64,000 bases of DNA. Source: Candidatus Microbacterium pullistercoris. GTDB taxonomy: Bacteria; Actinomycetota; Actinomycetes; Actinomycetales; Microbacteriaceae. Made by a program: the position numbers and the translations under genes. Of this stretch, positions 23,273 to 33,323 are shown in pieces. Numbering within the stretch: the first letter of the stretch is position 1; each line of letters begins with the position of its first letter. Under the pieces are notes generated by a model. The model searched no databases. It had not been told where the DNA came from and worked only from the letters and a program-made list of their open reading frames with translations. The stretch lies in NCBI GenBank assembly GCA_019119065.1, contig DWXU01000041.1:660-64659 (forward strand), written 5' to 3'.

Positions 23273-24202
23273 TCAGAACAGGCCGTCCTCCAGCAACTCG
23301 TAGGCGTGCTGCAGGTCGTCCGGGTACGGCGACGTGAACTCGACGCGCTCCCCGGTGGCCGGGTGATCGAACGCGAGCCGATGCGCGTGCAACCACTGTC
23401 GCGTGAGGCCGAGCCGCTCGGCGAGCGTCGGGTCGGATCCGTACAGCGGGTCCCCGACGAGCGGGTGCCGGTGGGCGGCCATGTGCACGCGGATCTGGTG
23501 GGTGCGGCCCGTCTCGAGATGCACCTCGATGAGCGTCGCGCGGGGAAACGCCTCGATCGTCTCGTAGTGCGTCACGGAGTCCTTGCCGTCGGACGTGACG
23601 GCGAACTTCCAGGAGTGGCTCGGATGGCGGCCGATGGGCGCGTCGATCGTGCCCGAGAACGGATCTGGGTGTCCCTGCGCGACCGCGTGGTAGATCTTGT
23701 CGACGGTGCGCTCCTTGAACGCGCGCTTGAGCACCGTGTAGGCGTGCTCGCTCTTCGCGACGACCATGAGGCCGCTCGTGCCGACGTCCAGCCGGTGGAC
23801 GATTCCCTGACGCTCCGCCGCACCACTCGTGGACAGCTCGATTCCGCTCGCGAGCAGAGCGCCGGGAACGGTCGGGCCTTCCCAGCCCGGCGACGGGTGA
23901 GCCGCGACGCCCACGGGCTTGTCGACGACGACGAAGTGCGCGTCTTCGTAGACGATCCCGAAGCCGGGCACGTCGGCGGCGACCACCGTCGGTTCGGTCT
24001 TCGGCGCCCACTCGACGTCGATCACGGATCCGGCCGTCACACGGTCGGACTTCCCCGCTGCGACGCCGTCGATGCGCACACCCCCGGCCGCCGCGACCTC
24101 GGCCGCGAACGTGCGTGAGAAGCCGAGCATCTTGGCGAGCGCGGCGTCGACACGGGATCCGTCGAGGCCGTCGGGAACCGGCAGCCGGCGCGACTCAGGC
24201 AC
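23273..24202 (-). CDS. RluA family pseudouridine synthase (RluD-like, S4 domain)
   Basis: [16 protein letters not shown] catalytic motif and an N-terminal S4-like [17 protein letters not shown] start at 24202. Confidence 0.9.
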   Translation of the reverse strand: MPESRRLPVPDGLDGSRVDAALAKMLGFSRTFAAEVAAAGGVRIDGVAAGKSDRVTAGSVIDVEWAPKTEPTVVAADVPGFGIVYEDAHFVVVDKPVGVAAHPSPGWEGPTVPGALLASGIELSTSGAAERQGIVHRLDVGTSGLMVVAKSEHAYTVLKRAFKERTVDKIYHAVAQGHPDPFSGTIDAPIGRHPSHSWKFAVTSDGKDSVTHYETIEAFPRATLIEVHLETGRTHQIRVHMAAHRHPLVGDPLYGSDPTLAERLGLTRQWLHAHRLAFDHPATGERVEFTSPYPDDLQHAYELLEDGLF

Positions 24203-24974
24203 CGGAACGCGTCTCCCGCTCCGCCGCCTCGTCGCTCGGATTCTTCGTCACGTCGTGGGGCGCGTCCGTTTCCACGGGCGACACCGTGTCGGCGGCGGGA
24301 TCGTCTGACAGGTCGTCCTCGCCCGTCGCATCGGACGCGCCGTCGGACTCCTCGAGACGACCGTCGTCGCGATCGTCGGCATCGACGTCTGCGGCCGCGT
24401 CCGTGTCCGTGTCGGTGTTCGTGTCCGCAGCAGCATCCTCCGCGGGCCGCTCACCGCGGGTGCCGTCGAAGTTGAGTCCGGTGACGACGAGCAGGGCCAC
24501 CGATATCATTCCGCCGACGATGAAGATGTCGGCCACGTTGTAGATCGCCGGCGTCGTCCAGAACCACATCCACGGCGTGAGGATGAAGTCGACGACGTGT
24601 CCCTCGGCGAAACCGGGGTCGCGCAGCAGACGGTCGGTGAGGTTGCCGAGCACTCCGCCCAGCAGCAGGCCCAGCACGACCGCCCAGAGGCGGGAACGCA
24701 CGCGTGTGATCGCGAGGAACACGATGGCGCCGGCCACGACGGCGAGCGCGATCGTGAAGACCCACGTGACGCCCTCCCCCATCGAGAAGGCAGCGCCCGG
24801 GTTGAACACGAGCAGCCACTGCAGAGCGTCGCCGATGACGGGCACCGGCTCGCCCTCCGTGAGATGAGCCAGCGCGTACTGCTTGCTCAACTGGTCGGCG
24901 GCCAGCACCGTGATCGCGAGAATCGCGATGACGATGCTGGCCGCCAGGCCTCGCAGCGGAGGTCGTCCCTTCAC
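24195..24974 (-). CDS. lspA: signal peptidase II (lipoprotein signal peptidase) with polyacidic C-terminal tail
   Basis: [18 protein letters not shown] and YNVADIFI motifs. Start taken at GTG 24974 (VKGRPPL). The upstream part of ORF 24195..25373 is antisense to divIVA. Confidence 0.85.
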   Translation of the reverse strand: MKGRPPLRGLAASIVIAILAITVLAADQLSKQYALAHLTEGEPVPVIGDALQWLLVFNPGAAFSMGEGVTWVFTIALAVVAGAIVFLAITRVRSRLWAVVLGLLLGGVLGNLTDRLLRDPGFAEGHVVDFILTPWMWFWTTPAIYNVADIFIVGGMISVALLVVTGLNFDGTRGERPAEDAAADTNTDTDTDAAADVDADDRDDGRLEESDGASDATGEDDLSDDPAADTVSPVETDAPHDVTKNPSDEAAERETRSGA

Positions 24975-24984
24975 GCGGATGCGC

Positions 24985-25605
24985 TCAGAGACCGACTGTC
25001 GAGGCGGGAGCCTTACCCGATCCCGACTCCGGGGCGTCGAGGTCGGCGAGCTTCTGCTCGAAGTAGCCGCGCAGCTGCTGGCGGTAGTCGCGCTCGAACT
25101 GGCGCAGCTCCGAGATCCGCCCCTCGAGGCTCTTCCGCTCGCTGTCGAGCTTCTGCGAGATCTCGCGCTGCTTCGCCTCGGCGGCCGCGACGATGCTCGA
25201 TGCCTTCGCCTCAGCGTCATCGACGAGGCTCTTCGCCGTCGCCTGACCCTCCGAAACATGCTCGTCGTGGAGGCGCTCGGCACGCGCGATGATGCCAGCC
25301 GCCGTCGACGCGGTCGACGTGACACCGGGCCCAGCCGGCACCTCCTCGGCAGCTGCTGCCTCAGGCTGCTCAACCGGCGTTGCTTCGGCGGGCGCTGCGG
25401 CGGTCTGCTCAGTGGCGGGGGCTTCGGCGCCGCCAGCCTCGAGCTCTGCGATGCGCGCCTTCAGCTGCTCGTTCTCCTCGATCGTCTTGCGCCACTCGAC
25501 GACGATCTCGTCCAGGAAGTCGTCCACCTCGTCCGGGTCAAAGCCCTCCTTGAAACGGACGTGCTGGAACTGTTTCGTGACGACGTCTTCCGGCGTCAAT
25601 GCCAT
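24985..25605 (-). CDS. divIVA: DivIVA domain cell-division/polar growth protein
   Basis: MALTPEDVVTKQFQHVRFKEGFDPDEVDDFLDEIV plus coiled-coil regions. ATG at 25605. Confidence 0.9.
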   Translation of the reverse strand: MALTPEDVVTKQFQHVRFKEGFDPDEVDDFLDEIVVEWRKTIEENEQLKARIAELEAGGAEAPATEQTAAAPAEATPVEQPEAAAAEEVPAGPGVTSTASTAAGIIARAERLHDEHVSEGQATAKSLVDDAEAKASSIVAAAEAKQREISQKLDSERKSLEGRISELRQFERDYRQQLRGYFEQKLADLDAPESGSGKAPASTVGL

Positions 25606-25643
25606 ATCCTGACCCCTCTCTCGGTGGTGGTCCTCATGATACT

Positions 25644-25949
25644 TCAGTAGATGATCGCGATTGCTTGCAGGATCCACGACAAGACGAAGCAGATCAGCAG
25701 CGTGAGCGCGAATCCGACGTCGAGCGCGATCGGGCCGATTCGGATCGGCCGGATATGGCGCCGAAAGAAGTTGATCGGCGGATCCGTGATCGTGTAGATC
25801 AGCTCGCAGATGACGAGCATCGTCCCCCGCGGCCGCCATTCGCGGTTGAACAGCGGGATGAATTCCAGGATGAGACGCGCGAACAGCACCACCACGTACA
25901 GAGATACGAGCAGGTGCAGGATCGACGCGACGAACCCGATGACAGCCAC
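25644..25949 (-). CDS. YggT family membrane protein
   Basis: 101 aa with two TM segments, in the conserved position between sepF and divIVA. GTG start. Confidence 0.85.
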   Translation of the reverse strand: MAVIGFVASILHLLVSLYVVVLFARLILEFIPLFNREWRPRGTMLVICELIYTITDPPINFFRRHIRPIRIGPIALDVGFALTLLICFVLSWILQAIAIIY

Positions 25950-25972
25950 GAGAGATCAGCCTACGCGAGAAG

Positions 25973-26002
25973 GCCCGGTGCTACCGAAACGGAGCACCGG
26001 GC
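25973..26002 (-). terminator. stem-loop between sepF and yggT (possible attenuator or processing site)
   Basis: GCCCGGTGCT-accgaaacgg-AGCACCGGGC is a 10-bp stem. Its function is not established. Confidence 0.35.
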
Positions 26003-26030
26003 CCGACGAGCGATATGCGTGCTGATCAGG

Positions 26031-26489
26031 TCAGCTGCCGAACGCGGTGTCGTCGGCGGGAGCGATGCCGCCGTCGCCGGAGATCGCGACGTTCTCGGGG
26101 CTGAGCAGGAAGACCTTGCTCGTGACGCGCTCGATGCGGCCGTAGAGTCCCATCGAGAGACCGCTCGCGAAGTCGATGAGGCGGCGCGCGTCGGCGTCGG
26201 ACATCTGCGAGACGTTGATGATGACGGGCAGGCCGTCGCGGAACTGCTCCGCGATCGTCTGTGCATCGCGATACTGCTTCGGGTGGACCGTGACGATCTC
26301 GTTGACGGCGTCGGCGGCCGGCTGACGAACGACCGTCGGTCGACGCAGCGGGGTCACAGGTGCCGGCTTCTCGTCGTCATGATTCTCCTCACGCTGCCGA
26401 ACGGGGATCTCCGACGTCCCCTCCTCGACATATTCCTCTTCGTCGGCGAGGCCGAGGTAGACCATCGTCTTCTTGAGCGCGTTCGCCAT
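26031..26489 (-). CDS. sepF: cell division protein SepF
   Basis: [18 protein letters not shown]...[29 protein letters not shown]...RLIDFASGL. Confidence 0.9.
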   Translation of the reverse strand: MANALKKTMVYLGLADEEEYVEEGTSEIPVRQREENHDDEKPAPVTPLRRPTVVRQPAADAVNEIVTVHPKQYRDAQTIAEQFRDGLPVIINVSQMSDADARRLIDFASGLSMGLYGRIERVTSKVFLLSPENVAISGDGGIAPADDTAFGS

Positions 26490-26525
26490 GGCGTCCTCCG
26501 GTTAAATGCTCGTCTTGTGTGCAGG

Positions 26526-27203
26526 CTAAACCTGGTTCGGTCTCGGGCCCGTGATTGCGGTCCCGATCCGCAGGTGTGTCGCGCCGAAACGGATCGCTTC
26601 GGCGAAATCCTGAGACATCCCCGCGGATATCCAGGTGGCGGAGGGTACGACGCGACGCACCTCATCGGCGCACCGTGCGAGCCTCTCGAATGCTGGCGCG
26701 GGCTCCTCGCCGAGGGGCGCCACCGCCATGACCCCGCGAAGGCGAAGCGAGGCGGTCTGGGCGATGGTCTCCGCGAGGTGCGCGGCGTCGGCAGTCGCGA
26801 CGCCGCCGCGATTCGGATCATCGGTGAGGTTGACCTGTACGAGGACATCGAGCGGGTCCGCCTCGGGCACGTCGAGTGCCGCGACGATCTTCTCGCGATC
26901 GACCGAGTGCACGGCCGCGGCCGATCGCCGCACGGTCTTCGCCTTCTTCGACTGCAGCTGCCCGACGAAGTGCCAGCGCAACGGCGTCAGGTCGGCGAGA
27001 TCGTCGGACTTCGCCGTGAACTCCTGCTGCCGATTCTCGGCGACATCATGCACGCCGAGCTCGACGAGCTCGCGGACGAGCGACGCAGGGTGGAACTTCG
27101 TCACCACGATGCGTGTCAGCTCATCCGGCGCGCGGCCAGCCGACCGCGCGGCGTCGGCGATGGATCCGTCGACGGCGGCGAGCCGGTCAGCGAGCGTCGT
27201 CAC
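26526..27203 (-). CDS. YggS family pyridoxal phosphate homeostasis protein
   Basis: [19 protein letters not shown] and SAGMSQDF motifs. The GTG start overlaps the ftsZ stop (GTGA). Confidence 0.9.
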   Translation of the reverse strand: MTTLADRLAAVDGSIADAARSAGRAPDELTRIVVTKFHPASLVRELVELGVHDVAENRQQEFTAKSDDLADLTPLRWHFVGQLQSKKAKTVRRSAAAVHSVDREKIVAALDVPEADPLDVLVQVNLTDDPNRGGVATADAAHLAETIAQTASLRLRGVMAVAPLGEEPAPAFERLARCADEVRRVVPSATWISAGMSQDFAEAIRFGATHLRIGTAITGPRPNQV

Positions 27204-28384
27204 TTCAGGAATTCGGGGATGTCAATGTCTTCGTCGTCGAATCCGCTCGACTCGCTCAGCGCCGGGGTGGCGGGGACGCTCGGGACCGAACTGTCCTTCT
27301 CGTCCTCCTCCGAGTCCTCGCCGGACGACGCGCTCTCGGTTGCTGTGACCAGGGGACGGTTGTCGCCGGGAAGCGACGGACGCGCGGCCTCTTCAGCGCG
27401 AGCTCCGAACGCGGGGACGTCGACGCGGGACTGCGGCTCGCCGCCGTCGAAGCCGGCCGCGACGACGGTGACGCGCACCTCGTCGCCGAGCGTGTCGTCG
27501 ATGACCGTTCCGAAGATGATGTTCGCCTCGGGGTGGGCCGCCTCCTGCACGAGTCGCGCCGCGTCGTTGATCTCGAAGATGCCGAGGTTCGATCCGCCCT
27601 GGATCGACAGCAGCACGCCGTGCGCGCCCTCGATCGAAGCCTCGAGCAGCGGCGACTCGACCGCGAGCTCCGCGGCCTTGATCGCCCGATCAGCGCCGCG
27701 CGCGGATCCGATGCCCATCAGGGCGCTTCCGGCACCCTGCATGACGCTCTTGACGTCGGCGAAGTCGAGGTTGATCAGACCCGGCGTCGTGATCAGATCC
27801 GTGATGCCCTGGACACCGGCGAGAAGCACCTGGTCAGCAGTCGCGAATGCCTCGACCATCGAGATGCCGCGATCGCTGATCTCGAGCAGGCGGTCGTTCG
27901 GCACGACGATGAGCGTGTCAACCTCTTCCTTGAGCACGGCGACGCCCTGCTCGGCCTGCTGCTGACGCCGACGCCCCTCGAACGAGAACGGCTTCGTCAC
28001 GACGCCGATCGTCAACGCGCCGATCGACTTGGCGATGCGCGCAACGACAGGCGCGCCCCCCGTACCCGTGCCGCCACCCTCGCCCGCAGTCACGAACACC
28101 ATGTCCGCGCCGGCGAGGGCCTGCTCGATCTCTTCCTGATGGTCCTCTGCCGCACGGCGACCGACCTCGGGGTCGGCACCGGCGCCGAGCCCGCGCGTGA
28201 GGTCGCGTCCGACGTCGAGCTTGACGTCGGCGTCGCTCATCAGCAGCGCCTGCGCATCTGTGTTGATCGCGATGAACTCGACGCCGCGCAGCCCGAGCTC
28301 GATCATGCGGTTGACGGCGTTGACGCCGCCACCACCGACGCCGACGACCTTGATCACGGCGAGGTAGTTCTGGTTCTGGCTCAT
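27200..28384 (-). CDS. ftsZ: cell division protein FtsZ
   Basis: Tubulin signature [20 protein letters not shown], and a C-terminal DIDIPEFLK peptide. Confidence 0.98.
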   Translation of the reverse strand: MSQNQNYLAVIKVVGVGGGGVNAVNRMIELGLRGVEFIAINTDAQALLMSDADVKLDVGRDLTRGLGAGADPEVGRRAAEDHQEEIEQALAGADMVFVTAGEGGGTGTGGAPVVARIAKSIGALTIGVVTKPFSFEGRRRQQQAEQGVAVLKEEVDTLIVVPNDRLLEISDRGISMVEAFATADQVLLAGVQGITDLITTPGLINLDFADVKSVMQGAGSALMGIGSARGADRAIKAAELAVESPLLEASIEGAHGVLLSIQGGSNLGIFEINDAARLVQEAAHPEANIIFGTVIDDTLGDEVRVTVVAAGFDGGEPQSRVDVPAFGARAEEAARPSLPGDNRPLVTATESASSGEDSEEDEKDSSVPSVPATPALSESSGFDDEDIDIPEFLK

Positions 28385-28543
28385 ACTGCCTCCATCGACG
28401 GAACCTGGGCTGCAACCGGAGAACCTCGAACCTTAAACGTCAACCACAAGGTTAAAGTATTCACCGGCATATACTTTGCTCGTCTCCGACGCTACGCGGC
28501 CGGTCACCGACAGACGCGCAAACACGCGGGGCGTGTCGGAAAA

Positions 28544-29527
28544 TCACTCGACGACGAGAACGCCCGTCGACGAGACGTCGTAGCTCGACGCCTGGTCAGG
28601 AGGAGTCGCCTCGAACGCCGCGGTCAGCGTCGCGACCTTCTCGCTCGTCTCGTCGGCGCTCCCCCACACGATCGTCACACCGCCGCCGTCCGGGAGGTCG
28701 AACGCGACATCTTCGCGCGACGAGGCGCGCACCGCGGTGACGCGTTCCGACATGTCGGAGGGAAGCGACCGCAGCACCTGCCCCGCGGCACGGAACGCGT
28801 CGGAGTCCGGTCCGGATTCGACCTCCGCGAGCGGCAGTCCTTCGGGGTGCTCCTCCGTGGTGTCGAGCGCGACGCCGGCTGCATCCACCGTCGTGAACCC
28901 GGCATCCGTCGCGAACGCGGCGACGGCCGTACGCTCGACGATGCGCACGACGAGATCGTGCGGCGGCTGAACCTCGACCGCATACGACTCGACACGGGGA
29001 AAGGACGTGAGCGCCGCATGGATCTCGTCGTGGTCGACGAGCGGCATCGGGCGATTGAGCTGGTCGGAGACCGCCTCTTGGATCGCGGCGGGATCGACGT
29101 CCTGCGCGCCCACGACGTCGATGCGCTGCACGGCGAAGAGCGGGCTGTAGGCGGCACCGATCGTCCCGACGGCGAGCAGCACGACCGCCCCGATCGAGCT
29201 GAGCCAGACGATCCGCCGACGACGAGACCGCACCGTGAACCGGCGCACCTCGGCGCGCTCCGCGCGACGCCGGTGCCGGCCGGCGCGCCAGATCGCAAGC
29301 CGTCCGCTCCCCGCGGCGACCCGGTCGAGTGCGACGGGGTCCGCTCCGGATCCGTCTGCCGACTCCTCGACATCGTCCGCTTCGACGGCGCGGCGACCGA
29401 AGGGCAGCACCGACGCAACCCGGTTGCGGCCGCGCTCGGCGACTGTCCCGTCGCCGTCGAGATCGGGTTCGTCGGCCTGCGCAGGCTGTGACCGACGCGG
29501 CGGAGGAAGGGGCCCGGGACGCTTCAC
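28544..29527 (-). CDS. ftsQ: cell division protein FtsQ (POTRA domain)
   Basis: Basic cytoplasmic tail, a single TM helix, and a POTRA-like FAVQRIDVVGAQDVDPAAIQEAV. Position between murC and ftsZ. Confidence 0.85.
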   Translation of the reverse strand: MKRPGPLPPPRRSQPAQADEPDLDGDGTVAERGRNRVASVLPFGRRAVEADDVEESADGSGADPVALDRVAAGSGRLAIWRAGRHRRRAERAEVRRFTVRSRRRRIVWLSSIGAVVLLAVGTIGAAYSPLFAVQRIDVVGAQDVDPAAIQEAVSDQLNRPMPLVDHDEIHAALTSFPRVESYAVEVQPPHDLVVRIVERTAVAAFATDAGFTTVDAAGVALDTTEEHPEGLPLAEVESGPDSDAFRAAGQVLRSLPSDMSERVTAVRASSREDVAFDLPDGGGVTIVWGSADETSEKVATLTAAFEATPPDQASSYDVSSTGVLVVE

Positions 29528-29528
29528 G

Positions 29529-30914
29529 TCACTCGCCTTGCTCGAGCGCGCCCATCACCTGCGGGACGATGAGATTCACGTTTCCGCAGCCGAGCGTGAT
29601 GATGAAGTCACCGTCGCGCGCGACCTCCGCGGCGCGCTCGGCGGCGGCCTGCCAGTCGGGCACGTACGAGACGTTCTTCGGATCCGCGAAAGCGCGCTCG
29701 ACGAGTTCGCCCGTGACGCCGGGGATCGGGTCTTCGCGCGCGCCGTAGACGTCCAGCACGACGGAATGGTCAGCGTACTGCTCGAGCACCTGGGCGAACT
29801 CCGCGGCCATCAGCTGCGTGCGCGAATAGGTGTGCGGCTGGTGCAGCGCGATGAGGCGCCCGTCGCCCACGACGCTGCGCGCGGCCTCCAGCGCCGCGGC
29901 GACCTCGGTGGGATGGTGCGCATAGTCGTCGTAGACGCTGACGCCGCGACGCGTGCCGTGCAACTCGAAGCGGCGGACCGTGCCTCCGAATGTCGCCACC
30001 GCGCCGGCGGCGGCGACGACGTCCTGGCCGAGCGCGACGAGCACCGCCACGGCGGCCGCGGCATTGAGGAGATTGTGGCGGCCGGGCACCTGCATTTCGA
30101 GGTGCGCGCGTTCACCACCGGCCGTGAGCACCGCGGATCCGTCGGGCGCGCTCTCGACGCGCACGTCGGCATCGGGCGACTCGCCGAACGTGATGACGCG
30201 CTCGTGGCGCAGGCGCGCATGCACGCGCTGCGCGCCCGGGTCATCGGCCGAGATGACCACGGCCTCGCGCGCAGCCTCCGCGAAGGTGACGAACGCGTCG
30301 TCGAACGCCGCGTGGGACCCGTAGTGATCGAGGTGGTCCGCGTCCACGTTGGTGATGAGGGCCACCGACGTGTCGTAGATGAGGAAGGAGCCGTCGGACT
30401 CGTCGGCCTCGACAACGAAGAGGCTGTCGGATCCCGCCCGGCTCGAGACACCGTACTGCTGGATGACGCCGCCCGAGACGAAGCTCGGATCGACGTCGAG
30501 GTCGTCGAGCCCGGTGACGATCATGCCCGTGGTGGTGGTCTTGCCGTGCGCACCGGCGACCGAGACGAGACGGCGCCCGGAGATGAGGTACTTCAGCGCC
30601 TGTGAGCGGTGAAGCCGTGGGATTCCGCGTTCCGCGGCGGCGAGGTACTCCGGGTTCTCGGGCCAGATCGCCCCCGTATAGACGACCGCGTCGACGTCGC
30701 CGAGGTTCGCCGCGTCGTGACCGATCGAGACGGTCGCGCCGAGGGCCGCGAGCTCACGCGTGGTCGGGCTCTCCGCACGGTCGGATCCGGACACGGGGAT
30801 GCCGGCGCCGAGGAACATCCGAGCGATGCCGGAGATGCCGGAGCCGCCGATGCCGATGAAGTGGACGGACCCGATCGTCTCGGGGATCGGGACGGTGAGG
30901 TCGGGCGTGATCAT
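29529..30914 (-). CDS. murC: UDP-N-acetylmuramate--amino acid ligase MurC
   Basis: [15 protein letters not shown]; P-loop [13 protein letters not shown]. Start at MITPDL (ATG 30914), overlapping the murG stop. Confidence 0.95.
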   Translation of the reverse strand: MITPDLTVPIPETIGSVHFIGIGGSGISGIARMFLGAGIPVSGSDRAESPTTRELAALGATVSIGHDAANLGDVDAVVYTGAIWPENPEYLAAAERGIPRLHRSQALKYLISGRRLVSVAGAHGKTTTTGMIVTGLDDLDVDPSFVSGGVIQQYGVSSRAGSDSLFVVEADESDGSFLIYDTSVALITNVDADHLDHYGSHAAFDDAFVTFAEAAREAVVISADDPGAQRVHARLRHERVITFGESPDADVRVESAPDGSAVLTAGGERAHLEMQVPGRHNLLNAAAAVAVLVALGQDVVAAAGAVATFGGTVRRFELHGTRRGVSVYDDYAHHPTEVAAALEAARSVVGDGRLIALHQPHTYSRTQLMAAEFAQVLEQYADHSVVLDVYGAREDPIPGVTGELVERAFADPKNVSYVPDWQAAAERAAEVARDGDFIITLGCGNVNLIVPQVMGALEQGE

Positions 30915-31993
30915 GGGTGTTCCTTCTCCAGGGCACGATCCAGGTGCGCGATGACGTTCTCGGTGCCGTGACGCGTCCCCTCGACCTCGGCGGCGGTGCG
31001 CATCCGTGCGAGAGCATCGTCGTCCGCGAGGAGGGACACGATCTCGCCGCGCACGCGCTCGGGCGTGAACTCGGCGTCGTCGATAAGGCGCGCGGCCCCG
31101 CGGTCGACAGCCGAGGCGGCATTGAGTCGCTGTTCGCCGTTGCCCACGGGATACGGGATGTAGATCGCGGGAATCGACAGCGCCGAGATCTCCGAGACCG
31201 TGGACGCGCCGGCCCGCGCGACGACGAGGTCGGCGAGCGCGAAGGCGAGGTCCATGCGATCCAGATAGGGCACGGCCACGTAATTCGCGTCGGGGGAGGT
31301 CGGGGTGTCGTTCTTCTCGCCCGTGGCATGCAGCACCTGCCATCCCGCGTCGACGATGTCGCGCCAGGATCCGGCGAGCGTCTCGTTGATGCGGCGAGCG
31401 CCGAGGGATCCGCCGAAGGCGAGGAGGACGGGGCGGTCGGGGTCGAGACCGAAGTGTTGCGCGGCGTCCGCTCGCGTCGCGTCGCGGTCGAGCGCGACGA
31501 TCTCGGTGCGGAGCGGCATCCCGACGACGTCGGCGCGCTTGAGCGGCGTCCCGGCGAAGGCGACGCCGACGGCGGCGGCCGATCGTGCACCGAGCACGTT
31601 CGCGAGCCCGGGGCGCGCGTTGGCCTCGTGCACGACCGCGGGGATCCGTTCGCGCTTCGCGGCGATGTAGGCGGGTGCCGCAGCGTAGCCCCCCACTCCG
31701 AGGACGACGTCGACGCCGCGATCGCGGAGGTAGCCGCGCACCGTCTTCACGGCGCGCGAGAACCGCGACGGGAAGCGGAGCGCGTCCGCGTCCGGGCGGC
31801 GGGGAAACGGCACCTTCGGGACGATGAGCAGCTCATACCCGCGGGCGGGGACGAGTCGTGACTCGAGACCCTCGGCGGTGCCGAGGATGAGGACCTCGTC
31901 ATCGGGGCGGCGCTCCCGGAGCCCGTCCGCGACGGCGAGCATCGGGTTCACGTGTCCGGCAGTGCCTCCGCCGGCGAGAAGGTACGTCGTCAC
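30911..31993 (-). CDS. murG: undecaprenyldiphospho-muramoylpentapeptide beta-N-acetylglucosaminyltransferase
   Basis: [14 protein letters not shown]-loop with full-length MurG similarity. Confidence 0.95.
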   Translation of the reverse strand: MTTYLLAGGGTAGHVNPMLAVADGLRERRPDDEVLILGTAEGLESRLVPARGYELLIVPKVPFPRRPDADALRFPSRFSRAVKTVRGYLRDRGVDVVLGVGGYAAAPAYIAAKRERIPAVVHEANARPGLANVLGARSAAAVGVAFAGTPLKRADVVGMPLRTEIVALDRDATRADAAQHFGLDPDRPVLLAFGGSLGARRINETLAGSWRDIVDAGWQVLHATGEKNDTPTSPDANYVAVPYLDRMDLAFALADLVVARAGASTVSEISALSIPAIYIPYPVGNGEQRLNAASAVDRGAARLIDDAEFTPERVRGEIVSLLADDDALARMRTAAEVEGTRHGTENVIAHLDRALEKEHP

Positions 31994-32002
31994 CGAACGA
32001 TC

Positions 32003-33211
32003 TTACGACGCCGAACGTGAGGGAACGGCCCCGACAGGCGCTTTGCCGTCCGGCAGCGTGCGCGCGAGCGCGAGCAGCACCCCGCAGGCGATCAGCACGG
32101 CGATGAGCGAGGATCCGCCGGCCGAGAGGAACGGAAGCGGCACGCCGAGCGCGGGGAGCACGCGGAGGACGACGCCGACGTTGACGAGCGCCTGACCCGC
32201 GATCCACACGCCGATGCCGCCGGCCGCGGCGCGCACGAAGATGTCGTCGCTCCGCCGCACGATGCGGAAGATGCCGACGGCGAGGACGGCGAACAGTCCG
32301 AGGACCACGAGACAGCCGAGCATCCCGAGCTCTTCACCGACGATGGCGAAGATGTAGTCATCGGCCGCGGCGGGCAGCCAGTTGTACTTCTCACGGGAGT
32401 TGCCGAGGCCGCGTCCCAGCAGTCCGCCACCGGCCAGCCCCCACAGCGCGTGGTACGGCTGGAAGCACTCCGCCGTCGGGTCGCAGTCCGGGTTGAACAC
32501 CGACAGGATCCGCGTCATGCGGTTCTCATTGAAGATCGCCAGCGCCGCGACCCCCGCGGCACCGACGAGCACGACCGGCATGAGGAACCGGAGGCGCACC
32601 CCGGCGAAGAACAGGGTGCCGAGGGCGAGCATCGCCATGATCGTCGCGGTGCCGAGATCCCGGCCGCCGAGCACCGTCGCGATCGCGAAGGCCGCGCCGG
32701 GGAGGATCGGAATGGCGAACTGCCAGAAGCGCGTGAGGGCGGCGCTCTTGCGGTGCAGGATGAACGCGATCCACAGCACGAGGGAGACCTTGAGGAACTC
32801 GCTCGGCTGGATCGTCATGCCGCCGATGAAGAGCCAGTTGCGGTTGCCGCCGAATTCGTGGCCGAGCGGCGTGAACACGAGCAGTTGCAGAACGACGCCG
32901 AGAACGAACACGGGCCATGCGATGCGCTGCAACCAGCGCACGCTGAAGCGGCTCATCACGAACATCATCGGCAGGCCGACGGCTGCGTAGATGAGGTGAC
33001 TGATGCCGTCGTTGAACGGGCTGCCGCTCTGCGTGAGCGACTCGACGGTCGTGGCTGAGAACACCATCACGATGCCGAATGCCGTCAGCAGCGTCGCGGA
33101 GGAAGCGACGAGGAGGAATTCCAGGGGCACCGGCGCGATCGAACGGCCGAGCACGATGCGTGCCGCGAGGGGGCGCGATCCCGTCGACGACGCTCGCTCG
33201 GTCTGCGTCAT
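32003..33211 (-). CDS. ftsW: SEDS family peptidoglycan glycosyltransferase FtsW
   Basis: QPSEFLKV, DDYIFAIVGEELG and PFLSAGGSS motifs. ATG 33211 is preceded by GAGAGGGTGG; TTG 33247 is the alternative. Confidence 0.9.
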   Translation of the reverse strand: MTQTERASSTGSRPLAARIVLGRSIAPVPLEFLLVASSATLLTAFGIVMVFSATTVESLTQSGSPFNDGISHLIYAAVGLPMMFVMSRFSVRWLQRIAWPVFVLGVVLQLLVFTPLGHEFGGNRNWLFIGGMTIQPSEFLKVSLVLWIAFILHRKSAALTRFWQFAIPILPGAAFAIATVLGGRDLGTATIMAMLALGTLFFAGVRLRFLMPVVLVGAAGVAALAIFNENRMTRILSVFNPDCDPTAECFQPYHALWGLAGGGLLGRGLGNSREKYNWLPAAADDYIFAIVGEELGMLGCLVVLGLFAVLAVGIFRIVRRSDDIFVRAAAGGIGVWIAGQALVNVGVVLRVLPALGVPLPFLSAGGSSLIAVLIACGVLLALARTLPDGKAPVGAVPSRSAS

Positions 33212-33323
33212 GAGCCACCCTCTCGATCCGCGCCGCGCACGCGGCAACCACCCTCAGTGTGAGCGGGAGGCGCGCGGAACCCCGGCACGCGCGGCGCGTG
33301 TCGCGCGAACACTCGGGGTGCGC

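Noticed and set aside
25599-29491. Two large plus-strand ORFs (25599..27965 and 27113..29491) across the yggT-ftsQ region
   Set aside because: Both are antisense to well-supported dcw genes (sepF, yggS, ftsZ, ftsQ) and are compositional artefacts.
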